Of a stretch of 64,000 nucleotides of DNA, positions 51,728-64,000 are shown in pieces. Where the stretch lies: contig CM052818.1 of the NCBI GenBank assembly GCA_028534125.1, forward strand, positions 20,028,001 through 20,092,000, read 5' to 3'. This stretch comes from Lama glama (lineage: Eukaryota). A program made the position numbers and the translations under genes. Under the pieces are notes generated by a model. That model was given only the letters and a program-made list of their open reading frames with translations, did no database searches and was not told the origin of the DNA. Within the stretch, counting starts at the first letter, position 1, and each line of letters starts with the position of its first letter.

Positions 51728-51778
51728 TGAGAGTGAGTGAGAGTGAGTGAGAGACAGAGAGAGACAGAGAGAGAGAGA
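51690..51778. repeat. Compound (TG)n(GA)n microsatellite in intron 6
   Basis: About 12 TG units followed by GA/GAGT/GACA units. Confidence 0.92.
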
Positions 51779-54700
51779 ATGAATCATGGAGCAAGGAGCA
51801 ACCCAGGCAGGCAGAGCCCCATCTGTGCTTAAACCTTCACCCCGTAGGTCCTGCCTGGTGACCTCAGATGCCTCTTAGACATCAGGTTTGCCTTGGTAGG
51901 TTCTCCTCTTTGTCCCTCCCCGTCTCAAGGAAAGGAGGGAGGGCAGGAGGTGCCAAGAACAAAGAGTCACAGTCATAGAAAAGTGTGCCTCTTCATTATA
52001 CTCTGATAAACAGGCAGCTCTGAAATGACAGGCCTTGACTATCCCCTGTGAGGTGTCTGGTTTTGACGGGAAGTGGACCAAGAAAGGCAGGTCCAGTGCA
52101 GAATCCCTTCACTGTCTGAGGACCCTCTGCTCTGTGCTGGAGTCATTAAAACAAAGCCCTGCCCCAGAACCACCAGATTAGCCGCTTTCCCACGTCACAC
52201 GTAAATATCATTTTCTCATCTTTGTTCTCTCATACACTTTTTCTAACGGGCTCATTGTCTTGTTTTACTTAGTGGACCACAAGTGAGAAGTGATGCTATA
52301 GTCTCATCGTTACAAGCTCTATTTTGGAATGCACGACTCTCGGGGCACGGCCCTGTCATTTATCCATGTTGCAGATAAAGCGTGTGGGGAGAAAGCAGAA
52401 GCGGTGGCCCCTACTCCCTCTCCCCTCTCCTCCTCCAGACGGGCTCTGCACGGGTCAGACTAAATCATCCTAAAACATCACTTCCATTCTGTCACTCCTC
52501 TCTGCAAGCACCTACAGCTCACCTATCACCAACTGCATCCAGAATAAGTAAACTTGATATAACCTCCAAGTCCCCCAGAATCTTGTCTCTGTCTTCCAAG
52601 CAGGCTGATCTGCGAATGACTGCCAGCCGGTCGTGGACCCTCCACCCTGCTGGACCCCTCTTTCGCAGCTCTCCCACCACCACCTGCAAATCCACGCTTG
52701 CCGCAGAGCTCTCTCCAAGTCCCCCTTCTCATCAAGTCCTAACAGGCGAACACAGCGTCTCAAGGAATCATGTATTCGTCTCTCCACATTCTAGGCTGCT
52801 GACCCTTGAACTCAGGGCCCACTTCAGCCTCTGCTACAACAGGTGCTCAGTAAATACTGGAGTAGCTGACCAGTGGGTTGATTTTCTTTTGTGGCCCCAG
52901 GAACAATCAGAGCCCTGTCGACCCCAGCACTGCTAAGGGACCTGGGCCCTCGTGATCCACTTCTTCTCCTCCACCACGGTCACCTGACTCAGTGCAGGCC
53001 GGTGCCCGCACCCAGCCTCCCCTAGCCCCCACGAGATTCAGGCCATCGTCCCCTCTCCGTTCTGTAAGGCGTGTCTGGTGTTGACATGGGCAGAGGAGAG
53101 ACAAGTTCGCCTGGGGAGACCTGGGGGTTAAAGCCTTTGTCAAACAAGGGGCAACAGAGCAGAGCTGACAGGCTCAGGTCTCAGCTGGTTCAGCCCGTGG
53201 AGATATTTCTGCACAAGACTCCAGCAGCTCACCCGCACCAGCCAGCTAGACTCAGATGGGGAGGCCCTGTCCTGTCAGCTGGCCCTGAGCACGAAGGTCT
53301 CTGAGCTCGTCAACAACACGTGCTCCTCGGCAGCCCGGCTCCAGGGATGGCACCCGGCTGCCCTCGGCCAGCCTTCCTTTCCACAGGGGTCCGATGCCTC
53401 TCAGCTCAGCCCAGGACTCAGAACCGCACCCGTGGGCCCTGCTGACAATGGGCTGGCCGTTTACAGACTCACTGATTTACCAGATAACCGACTTCTGTTC
53501 CTGGACTAGATCTAGAATTTTCTAGAGACCCTCAGAAATGAAGCTATCCTGGGAAAGATTTGATGCTACTCCCTGAAAAGATTACATTTTCTTTCAAGAT
53601 TAGAATCTTCAAAATGTTCAAGTAAATGTTTATTAAAACCAGCCTCAAATACAGTATTTTTTCATCTAAATAATGTACCATCCATTCAAAGGCACACAAT
53701 GGGCATGTTTTGGAAGCAGACAAACAAAACCTCAATTTCGGAATTGCCAGCTCTCTTCCCAGTAACAGCCTTCATCTATCTTGTCAACTAAAATAAATAT
53801 TTAATGTCTCCTCCTTCGTTCCTTTAAACAGACGACTATAAAAACTGGGAAACACGCATACCCCAAACACAATTGAAGAACGTTCAAGTAGTCAGACTTC
53901 ACAAAACCAGGAAACCCCAGCTCAAAGCTGATGGTCGTTCCCCTCCGTCTGCAGGCGCGCCGACGCCACTGGGGAGGGTAACGAACCCGCTTGTTTACTG
54001 GGTCGCCCAGCACAGCACACGAGGGCCGCCCGCTCGTTTCCCGCGGTCCCAGAGGCCCCGGGGCTGGGCTGTGATAACACGGTTTCATTTGCTCTCTCCA
54101 CCAGGGCGGGGGAGCCATTTTTTTTCTTTCTTTCTAATTAAGGGCCCCTGACTTTCTGGAGGGAAAAAAAATTGGTTTGGGGTCACCCATAAATTTCAAA
54201 AGTCAACTCAGTAGGGCTGTTCTGTTTGCAGAGAAGAGGGAAATGTCAAAGGGCTGGATTCACCCGACTCCAGGAATGAGAACAGAGGTCCCTTTTAAAT
54301 AATAAGAACCAGAGCAAGGATGAGGTGAGGAGAAAGATGGAGACACGGACAGGGAAGCCACAGAAGGCAGAGGAAGAAGGAGAAAAAGAAACTAGGAAAC
54401 GTAGAGGAGAAGAAAAGGTGGTTAAATTCTGAAGTTAGTGCTGTCCCAAGGAAATACTCCGGTTGAACGGTGAGAGCAGCTTCACTATGTAAAATGACAG
54501 CACCCATTGCTCTTCCCCCTGCACTTTACCCTTAAAAATGTCCAGAGGCTCTTTTCGATGTGGAGTCCCTGTGGCTGAGCACTCAGAAGAACGTTACCCT
54601 CCCGACGGCAGAGGCAGTGCGGCCTCAAAAGGCAGAAGACACGCGGGGCAGACCTGAGCTGGCGCCTCTGCGGGGCGAAGCAGCAAGCGCCACGAGCTCG

Positions 54701-56357
54701 CACACCACTGCGCCCCGCAAACAAGGTCTGGCTGCAGGTTCTCCCCCGCTCCCTGCACGAGTACAGGACTTGCTCGGTAAATTAACTGTGTAAACAGGAT
54801 GGTTAGAGAGCAATTCAACCATGTGAGAGGATGAAAGTTTTAAGTACTTCATAACCACCTATTCGGTTTCCAAAGAACGCATTTGCTAATAAAACCATCC
54901 TTGGGTTAAAGTCTGCTTACTTTCCTCCTGCCCTCCTGGCAACAGCCTCTACGAGGGGACATCTGACTTAGCTCATTTGGTTTCTGTATGTGCTTATAAG
55001 GTTTGCACTTCCTTACTAACACCCAGACTGTTCACTAGCTGAGATTTCAATGCCTTTTGTTTTAATGTATTTCTATCCAGATTTTGTTTGCTTTAAACAA
55101 TAATACTTTTGCCTTGTGTTTTCCTCACACAGCACAGGGTTAAGTGAGATCTACACAACCAGCTCTGTAGTTAATGGATAATCAACTTCCCACCTGTTGG
55201 TGCGCTGTGTTTCAGGTGGGTGAATTTATACCCAGGAGGGTAGCCCTGGCTTAGTCCTGGACCGACCCACATGCCACCAAATGCCACGGCTGCCTTTCAT
55301 CACCTTGAAACCCACAAGCAGCAAGGGGAAATTCGCTGTGAATTGTAGCGAGAGAGAAGCAGATCATGTAGAAGGATAATTTTTGAAACATGAGGTCTAT
55401 TAAACTTTGAAATAAATTCCAAAGAGCATTTGTAGAGCTGCCTCTTCCAAGGCGTATTCTGAGCAGATTAGATTAGACCGGCTCACGTATGAGCAGTTCT
55501 CATACATATGCCCAAACTTTGTTATGGCTGATTTCAGAACATTATTGTCTGGAGGAGACACAGATGCACCAGGAGGGCATCTGAAGTTGCTTCTAACTCA
55601 GGGATTTAAAGAAACACACTATACTCTCTTACACCAGATAGGTGGAGAAAGACTACTGTGTTATGTCTGCAGAAACATTTAGAATAGACTAAATATGGAA
55701 CTAAACACTATGTATATTAATCTGAAGGATCACCCTGAAGATGCCCCCTATTCTATTTAAAAAGTAAAATACTTTGTTAAATGTATCTCAATATGCGATG
55801 AAAGTACCTAATCTTTTACTACTAATTTGTCGAAGTCAGCCTATTTTCTTCTCAGACTTTAACACTGTTGCCTTCCAGGTGTTTTGATGTGTGTGTGTTA
55901 CAGCTCATGGCTCTTTCTAATTTTGCTGACATTCTCTCTATGATCCTCAGCTATCCCCCTCACTTTTATCATCATTATTATTGCAAACTTTGTATAAAAA
56001 GAATTCATCAGAAATTTGATCCACAGAATTTACAATGTAGGCATCTCAACTTATTAAAAACCATAACTCCTGACATTATTACACCCTAAATTGCCTTAAT
56101 CCAATGACAAATCGGGGCTGCCCTCAGATTCTTTATCTGTAAAAATTACACAATGCTCTTTGTTAATTTGAAATTTTTATTGCAACCTTGATACTTTCCC
56201 TCAGTGACACTGCTCTTATCCACAAAACACGCTTTCATAATCACTTTCTAAGATACAAGAGAACTCATAAAACGGACAAACGTGCAGTGGGCTTACGAAC
56301 ATTATAGAGTTTGACCCACTTTTTGATGTCTTGGCTTTTTTCAGTTATCCTCTTTCT

Positions 56358-56371
56358 CCACTAGGTGGCGC
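56358..56371 (+). promoter_or_regulatory. Candidate CTCF binding site in intron 6
   Basis: CCACTAGGTGGCGC is a near-perfect match to the CTCF core consensus. Confidence 0.6.
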
Positions 56372-59300
56372 CTCCATGTGAATTTAAGAACCACCGTATT
56401 TAAAAGTTCAATGACTTGGAAACAACTTTTGTCTTCCTTTTGGGTGAATGGAATGTTCTATTTGTACCATCCACCTTGGTTTTATTAAGTTGCTCATGTC
56501 TCAAAATCCAGACCCTTGGAGATCAGGGATCATCTCCTTTACTTCCTTGATATACGCAGTCTCTGGCACCAGGTCAGATACATAGCAGTGGCTCAATAAC
56601 TAACAGCTCATTAATTTAGGAAACAGAGTATAACGCCTCTGCATGAGTCGTCAATGGGCATGAGCCCACCCACTACCCTGAAAATTAGGGTCTTCTTTAA
56701 CCTCGCTTCTCAACTTTACTCCCCCTAACCAGAGCAGTCGGCTCTATATACAAATAAATGGAACTGATGTATAAATTGTTATTGAATTCACTTCGTAAAC
56801 TATTTACTATGTTTTCAGCTAATTAATACAGGGCATGATACAGCCCTCTGGCTAATTATTAAGAGGAGCAGGAAGAACGATTCTGAAGCATCTGCATTCC
56901 TCTATTCCATTTCAATGTTCGGGAGTAAGTTGTGTCAGTCGATTGATTCTGGAAACCTGAGAGTTAAACACAAGATTAGCGTTCTCTTTTCTTTCTATTT
57001 TATTTCCCTCCCCTATTTCCTCTCTGTTCTCCCTTCTCTTTTTCTCCATGCCGCTTTTCTTTTTTTGCTTGATTGTGTCTGTGGTCTGAATATACCTAAG
57101 AAGAAGTACGAAACAGCCTCAAAAGTGACTTCTGTGGATTCTAATTGCCTTACATTTTCATCAGATTCTAATTTTCCCATTGGGAAAATAGTCATCTTTG
57201 GGGGAAATCACAGTCCCTCATGTGTGTCAGATGTCATTAAATCTAGTGAATTCCTTGATTAAAGTGAAATGCGCCCCTCGCGCCAGGCTATGATATGCTA
57301 AGTGTTGATTTTTGAAGCATTGATCTTGGAAGAGGTATGTGTTGGAGGTGGGAAGGTGTAGAGGGAGGGTGAGATGGAGAGAGGGAAGGAGGGAGGGAAG
57401 GAGGGAGAATGTGTGTTTACCTTTCCCCATCCCAATACAAAGAGTGAATACAAGACAAGCTACCAGAACCAAAAGATCCTAGTCCTCATCAAAGCAATTG
57501 AGAAATAACATGTAGGGATTAAGGACTTAAAATAGTCACTTTATAAACTGTCTAAGCCATGTCTGTGCCCTTGTTAACTAATCTGCTAATCCGTTAAACG
57601 CAACGTGTGTGGCACAGCATTCTGTGTCTTCAAATGCCTCCGCATCCATCCACCCAGCACCACTGAATGTGGAGTTTGGGCCATGTAATTAGATTTGAAA
57701 AGCAAGATTTTGCTGAAAGTGCAATGTGTCCGACAGACCTTACAAGCAGTATCACCTTCCACATACTGAGTCACAAAGCCCTAAATCGCTGGTTCCTTCA
57801 GGCCAGGATCAACTTTGCCTACCAGCCCTGAACAGAACCAAGAAGTCGGCCAGGGCCTCTCCCCTTTCTGGAAAGAGTTTCTCCACTCTTAGGCACCCAA
57901 TTCCTCATGTTCTTTTGTCCCCTCTTCATTCACCCACAGGTTAGATGCTTTCAGGTATGACCTGAAATTCATTCAAAATAGACAATGAACGAGTGAAAAC
58001 TTCAAATTACCCTCTCCAGAGGATTTTTTCCTTCACTTTAACAAGGATAAAGTCTTGAGCTTAAAGGAAAAAAAAAAAAACCCAAAAGACCCTTTTCTGT
58101 TATCCAGGGATGAGAAGTGATTTTCTAGGAGAGCAGGGTTTTCCCCGTGCTTGTGGGGTCATGTCAGGGCTGTGCTCCCCACAGCTTCCACCGTCCCGGG
58201 CACCCCAGCCACTGCCGGGCTGCACAGCGAGGGCATGCGAGCGCCACCCCACCCTGGAGCTGGACACTGGTGGGCTCTGCAGCAGGATCACCCTGTCACT
58301 GTGGAAGATTAGGGAGAGGGGAAGAACTATGTCTTCTCCTCAGAATGTTCGTGTGTGTACAAAGACTGCCTCTGATAAATAACCTTACACACAGCATGGA
58401 CTTCTCCAGTGCCTGCCTTTGGAATATCTTTCTAATTATCCTCATCATCACAATAATGACAACACAAAAAGCCATCATAAGTGCTGACTATCAAAGTTCC
58501 AGGACACAGGTCACACAGGTGACATTTTCTCCCTATGAGGTTGCAGCACTCCTTTCTACATCTAGAACTACCCACTGGCCCCAAGAGCCTTGAGTCTGGG
58601 CACTAAACTGTGGTCAGAACTCGGGGACAGGAATGACTCGAGGATACTTCTACAAAAGTTCTTAAATTGTGCCTGGAGAGGGTGTCTAAGAAGGGGGAAC
58701 CAGCCATCACCAGGCCAGTCTCTAGTCAGGGGGGAGAAACTCAGTCGAGCCTGGAAAGTAGGCACCCCCAACAAAGAACCCCAGACACCCCCCAGGGTGT
58801 CCAGTGGATGAGAGAAAAGTGGGCGGGCCTGGGGAGGCTGAAGGGCAGCTCTCTCCCAGGGTCTGTGGCTTCCTGCTGGCTGGGAAGGTGAGGCAGTCTC
58901 TTGCTGGTAGCCTCATTCTTACAGGCCCCCACGCTCCCCGTGCCTCCAGTAGTGATCTTGGCCCCTTAAGTTTAGTGGGGAGACCAGCTCTGGGGGAGGG
59001 CAAGGGCTGGGAGCAGGATCCTGGCAGGAACAGAGAGCCTCCAGTCGGTGGTGGGATTTGTACTTCTCCAAGTGCTTCCACAGCCAACATCTCATCTGAC
59101 AGTGAGCCCCGAGACAGGTGGAGAACGTATTCTCCTCGGCATTTGACAGAAGAGGAAGCTGAGATCTCAGGGTTTCTGTAGAAACCCTAGAAGGTGAGAG
59201 GGGAGTGGCTGGAGCAGCAAAGAGTTGCCACAAGAACGGTGACTCTGGACAAACACGGTGACTCTGGACGTTGCAGAAAGCTGGGGTCAGGTGGGGAGAT

Positions 59301-60272
59301 CCTGAAGGCCGCGTCGGTCATGCATTAGTCAGCAGGCTGCAGTGGTATTTCCGAGAGCCAGGCCTGCCTGCCCAGCCCCTTCTCCTGGCCTGGCCTTCCT
59401 TCTCTGATGGTGGTCACTGCTCCGCCCACACTCCCGATGCCCAGGCCCAGCGGGGAGGGCAGAGACCAGGCAGTGGGGGAATCAGAGCTGCTCCCTGCCA
59501 CCCTTCCCATGACAGCCCAAGCCTCTTCCCTCACCTCAAGCTAAAAACTAGAGTGACAGGGACTACATGTGCAGTCTCAGATGTTCTTCCAACTGCTTTA
59601 ACAGAGAAACAATTTAGGGCAAGAATCACAGCTAACACCGAACACCTCCCATTGGACTTGAACTTAGGCCATCTTGCCCAGTCAATACTCTTAATAACCA
59701 TTACACTCTCCCATAAGAGAATTTCCAGTCGGGGCTGGTTTGGGGTTTAGAGTCTGGCTTAATTCCCTCTATCAAATAGCTTTCCAGCTGGGCTGGACAG
59801 TAGCTGGAATGGAGGCGACACAGGAGGAGCAAAAGCTGAGCAAAGAGCTCATTAATGGAAGAGAACTTGCAGGAGCCATGTGGCCTTGGGCAGCTTCCAG
59901 GTCAGAAGCCGAAGCTCCCAGCTGGCCTCTGAATTGGGGGTGCTGATGGAGACCTCTAGATGCTCGTCTCCTGGGGAGGGGGAGTGGCCTGGAGATCTCC
60001 CGGGAGCCTGATACACAGGCGGAGGGATATGTACACACCACAGCACTCCACCACGGCGACAGCTGCCCCCCAGGGCAGCCCTGCAGTCAGCCCTGGCCGC
60101 TGTGTCAAGGAGAAACCACCGCATACGGTGTGAGGAACCCTTCGGCGGCACTGATAGGATGGAACAGAGACCTCACCCAGCCATACAACACTTCTGCCCA
60201 GACGCATACCTGGACCACAGGCACCGGCCACTGACGCACACAGGCACAAGCACGCAGGCCAGACGCACACAC

Positions 60273-60478
60273 CTGTCGTCGCAGTAGGTGAACTTCATGT
60301 CCATGCTGTGGCGGCTCAGGAAGGTCTTGCTGTCCAGGGGGATGTCCATGTGGGACGGGTGCTGGATGGGCTCGCACATGATGATGAGGCAGGACAGCAG
60401 CGGCTCCTTGCAGCCGCACAGACCTCTGTGAGGGGGGCAGCTGTTGTAGACCTTCACCTGGCCCGTGCAGTGCAGGAC
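60273..60478 (-). CDS. EPAS1: EPAS1 exon 6 equivalent (end of PAS-A, start of PAS-B)
   Basis: 206 nt, ccag|...|gtgt. Translates [68 protein letters not shown](R). Confidence 0.97.
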
Positions 60479-60577
60479 CTGGAGACCAGCCACGGAGGTC
60501 AGCCGTGGGGCCGAGAGCACGGGGGTGGGGTTGGTGAGGCAGGCTGGGGACCCCAACCCGGGCCTGACGTCTCCTAC

Positions 60578-60696
60578 CTTCCAGGTGGCTGACTTGAGGT
60601 TGACGGTTCGGCCTCTGTTGGTGACCGTGCACTTCATCCTCATGAAGAAGTCCCGCTCTGTGGAGACATCTTTGCTTTTCTTCCCAAAACCAGAGC
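60578..60696 (-). CDS. EPAS1: EPAS1/HIF-2alpha exon 5 equivalent (PAS-A region)
   Basis: 119 nt, ccag|...|gtag. Translates (G)[39 protein letters not shown], matching the HIF-2alpha sequence and the exon length I recall for human. Confidence 0.97.
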
Positions 60697-63274
60697 CTGG
60701 ATGGGGAAAGGGAGGCGGAACCGGCTGAACTGGTATTTGTGTTCATATGCAGAAGGAGGACCCTGCTGTACTTTCTCTGGGGGACGTATTTGTGTTTTTC
60801 CCCAGGAGTGGCTCCCTCAGCACGCAGGCCTGCCGTGAACACGCAGCACCACCCTGGCCCGAGGACCAGTGCTGCCTCAGATCCGCGGCAGGTGGGGGCT
60901 GTTCCACGGCTTTACTTCCCATGGCACCTCGCACGTGGTCAGTGCTCACTTCAGAGCGGCCAGACAATGAGCGACCATCAGTCGTAACCTCAGCAAACCT
61001 CTCCTGGGCAGGCCCAGGCTCCCTAGGAAGTATTCCAAGGAATAGCCTGGCAACAGCACAATGACTCCGACAAGGAGGATAAGCCTCTCAGGCGAGCAAC
61101 TTCCCTCAGACATCCCTGTCTCTTCTTCATTCCTGCCCCTCAGGAATTTGAACCCGCCAGGGCCCTATTTTCTACCTGCAAAGGCTGCATGCAGGATCCT
61201 GCACCATTAGCTTTCTCCCTAAAGCGACGTACATCAGGGCGTGAGAGAGGCTGCAGGTCCGAATCCCCTGGGATTTGGTGAGCAAGTTCACCTTGACAAT
61301 TAACTCTACACGGATCCTTTCTCAGCCAGAATAAAATACATCACCAAGACAAACAAGACTGCTTCCTTCCTTACAGTCTCCAAATATCCTGCACATCCAG
61401 AACTTTCCCCACTTTTTGTAAAAACAACAACAAAAAAGTAATGCACACACTAAGTGCCAGCTGAGCCCCACTGCCCACGTGTAAATTCTGCCTCCACCAC
61501 TCCCATCCACCCAGCACCTTCCAAGGTGCAGTCCTGCCCCTGCCCAGCATCTCAGAACAATCTAGAACCTTGTTTCAAATAGTCACACTCCTCCCTCCAG
61601 GCATGGTCACCAGCCTCTGCCCTTAACCCCCTCTGGGAGCCATGATTTATTTGAGTGACATGTCCCCAAACTGCTGCACGTCTAATGAATTGTGGCATCT
61701 TTGAATCTACCTTAAACATCCCTAGGAGAGCCCACTAAATAAACCAAATAGTGAATCCTTTTTTAAAGAGAGAACACTCCTCCATCATGATTATAAAAAC
61801 ATCTCTCCCATACTGGGAGACCTATGTTTCTTGTAAGTTTCATTTCCATAGGTGGGGTTTGCATATCACGAGATATTCTTGTATGTTGGGGCCTGGACCC
61901 GACACAAGGACGAGCTCAGGCGCTGGCGTAAGTGGAGGGCCTCATTTGTGGCTGTGGCATGGGCTATGATTGTGGCCTCCTGACCTGTTCACCTCTGAAT
62001 TCTCCCCATTCTGCCACTTGGTTAATTTTTCTAAATGTAGCTCCAGTCAGATTAGCCTACACCTGCTTAAACATTTCCAATAGCTCCCCTCTGTCTACAG
62101 GATGAAGTTCGAGGGCCAGATACCCGGCCTTCAAAGCCTTCCACAATCAGTCTCACAGCCTTATCTTCCTCTGGCCGCTCACACTAACCCTTTGCTTACA
62201 GATCATGAGTCCACTCAGGTCGGCACCTTCAAGGAGGCTTTGCTGATTCACTGAGTTTGATCCCAAGTCCTCAATACAGGGACCAAGGGACCTAAAGTTC
62301 TACTCAGATCAATAGAGCACAGTTATGCTGAATCATGGCTCTCGAAAGCTGGAAGGTCCTAGACTCTGCCTGGTCCAATACTGTCAATTTGAAATCAAAG
62401 ACTCCAAGGAACAGAGAAATGAAGTGACCTGGTTCGGGTCACATGGGCCGACTGAGACTAGGGTCAGAGGTTAAGCTGAGACTGAGAATTTAAGGGCCAA
62501 GTGGTTTCCAAAGTAGAGAAGAAATCAGACATTTTGATTTTCTCAGGCTTTCAGAACCTGTTTTAGAAAAGGATTTGGAAAGTCTGGTAGCCTCTTCCTC
62601 TTGGAACCAAGTAAGACTTTCTCGGTAGCAGAGAAGCTGCAGAGCAGCCCACAGAGGGCTCCTCAGCCCGTGTGCTCCTGGGGCTGGGCTCACGGGGCCT
62701 TCAGGGATGGGGCAGAGGGGCTGGGGAGGAGGTGCTGGCGGGGGTGGGGCAGGTGGCTGTAACCCTGCATTTCGCAGTCTCAGTCTGTACCAAGGGTAGA
62801 AGTGGGCTAATGAAGTGTCTGCTTCTGAAGTGTGTGTGGTAGTAACAGCAAAACCTTGCAGGCTTAGTAGCACTGCCCCTGTTACTCAGGTTGGATAAGC
62901 ACACACACCACGGCAGTGACAAGTGAGAGGTGGTAAAGGGGTGTCTAGACTTGGGCTGAATCTGCCCAGGACAGAGACTGACTCTCAAGTTCAGAAGGGA
63001 CCTGGAAAATCACTGAGCCCTGCTTCACTGCAAAGCTTCAGTCTGCGTAATAATATCTCTATTTGTGCCTTTGCTTGAATGTCCCCAGTTACAGGCGATG
63101 AAGCAGCGGCTTTGACTGTCATTGCAAAGTGCCTTCTGCGTGTCCCCAACCACTGGCATCTGCTGGGTGCCCCACAGGTAGGGTGCAGTGCATGAGACCT
63201 TTTAACTCTCTTCTCTGCCAAAAACTACCTGTTCCTATTTCTTATCACCAAGGACCCAGATTCATTCCTTGGTA

Positions 63275-63800
63275 CTAGGGTAGCTAGTCTCCAAAGGTGG
63301 CCCCAGTGAGCCACATCTAGCATTCATGGCCGTGCATAGTTCCCTCCCACACTGAGCGGGGCTGACTTGTAACTCACTTTAACAAGAGAATGGGGCAGAG
63401 TGGTGCTGGTGCCGTTTTAGGACTAAGCCTTTGGAAGGCCTGGCAACTTCTACTTCTGTACTTTCTGGGAGACCTGAGCCTCCAAGTCAGAAGTCTGGCT
63501 CCCACACAGAGAGGGAGAAGCTCTGAGACCCCATGGAACGAGAGAGGGGTCCAGCTGTGACAGCATCCCAGCTGAGCCCCAACCTCCAGCTCCTGGCCAC
63601 TAGGGGTCCCAGAGGTGTGGGGGAGCCATCTAGTCATCCCACCAAGTCCAACCCCGAGATGATGGCAGCCCAGCTGCCATCACATGGAGCAAAAGACCAT
63701 CCACAGAACCCACAGAATCATGAGAGTTAATAAAATGATTGCTTAAGCCACTATGTTTGGGGTGGTCTCTTACACAACTATCACACGGACAACCACAACA
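63275..63800 (+). mobile_element. MaLR (MLT1-type) solo LTR in intron 4
   Basis: ccaaaggtggccccagtgagccac...ccctcccacactgagcggggctgacttgtaactcacttt...cccacagaatcatgagag...ttaagccactatgtttggggtggt. Confidence 0.8.
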
Positions 63801-64000
63801 CTTCCCATGAACACTCTGGCACAGATGAGCTGACTGGTTTGCGTGGCATCACCTGGCAGAGATGCAGCACTCAGGTGATGAAACCTCCTGGAGGCAGTGT
63901 CCTAACCCAAGGGCGTGCCCTAGGAGTATGCTGTCAGGCACCAGGAAGAGCCAGCATGAGGCAGTCCTGAGCATGGGGCCTTCCGGTGCCTGCAGTCTCA

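Noticed and set aside
60105..60842. 245-aa minus-strand ORF over exons 5-6
   Set aside because: An alternative frame of GC-rich EPAS1 exons and introns, with no independent evidence of coding.
60697..64000. EPAS1 exons 1-4, bHLH domain and 5'UTR iron-responsive element
   Set aside because: Not found. They are expected beyond the window edge, so their absence says nothing about domain loss.

Overview
Mammalian genomic DNA, very probably from a camelid, judging by a tRNA-Ala-derived vic-1-type SINE at ~1965-2097. The right 25 kb holds the 3' part of EPAS1 (HIF-2alpha) on the minus strand. Coding exons equivalent to human exons 5-11 are complete, with GT-AG boundaries and consistent phases. The first 23 nt of exon 12 are visible; the rest of exon 12 and exons 13-15 are hidden by a 500-N gap (42855-43354). 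Exon 16 (C-TAD), a ~2 kb 3'UTR and an ATTAAA poly(A) signal at ~38.9 kb follow. Exons 1-4 lie beyond the right edge. The left ~38.8 kb is intergenic and rich in LINE-1, L2, MIR, MaLR LTR and hAT relics, and I find no protein-coding gene there. I see no new multi-gene system. The best leads are: (i) an altered N-terminal oxygen degron ([10 protein letters not shown] instead of LAQLAP-TP-GD); (ii) a tailless retro-insertion of the 5' half of tRNA-Glu(CTC) with a perfect 14-bp target-site duplication; (iii) a young sense-oriented L1 with AATAAA just upstream of the C-TAD exon; (iv) a 99-nt, in-frame, stop-free intron 5. Exon numbering, residue numbering and repeat family names come from my recall of human EPAS1 and repeat consensuses, not from a search. 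Repeat boundaries are approximate.
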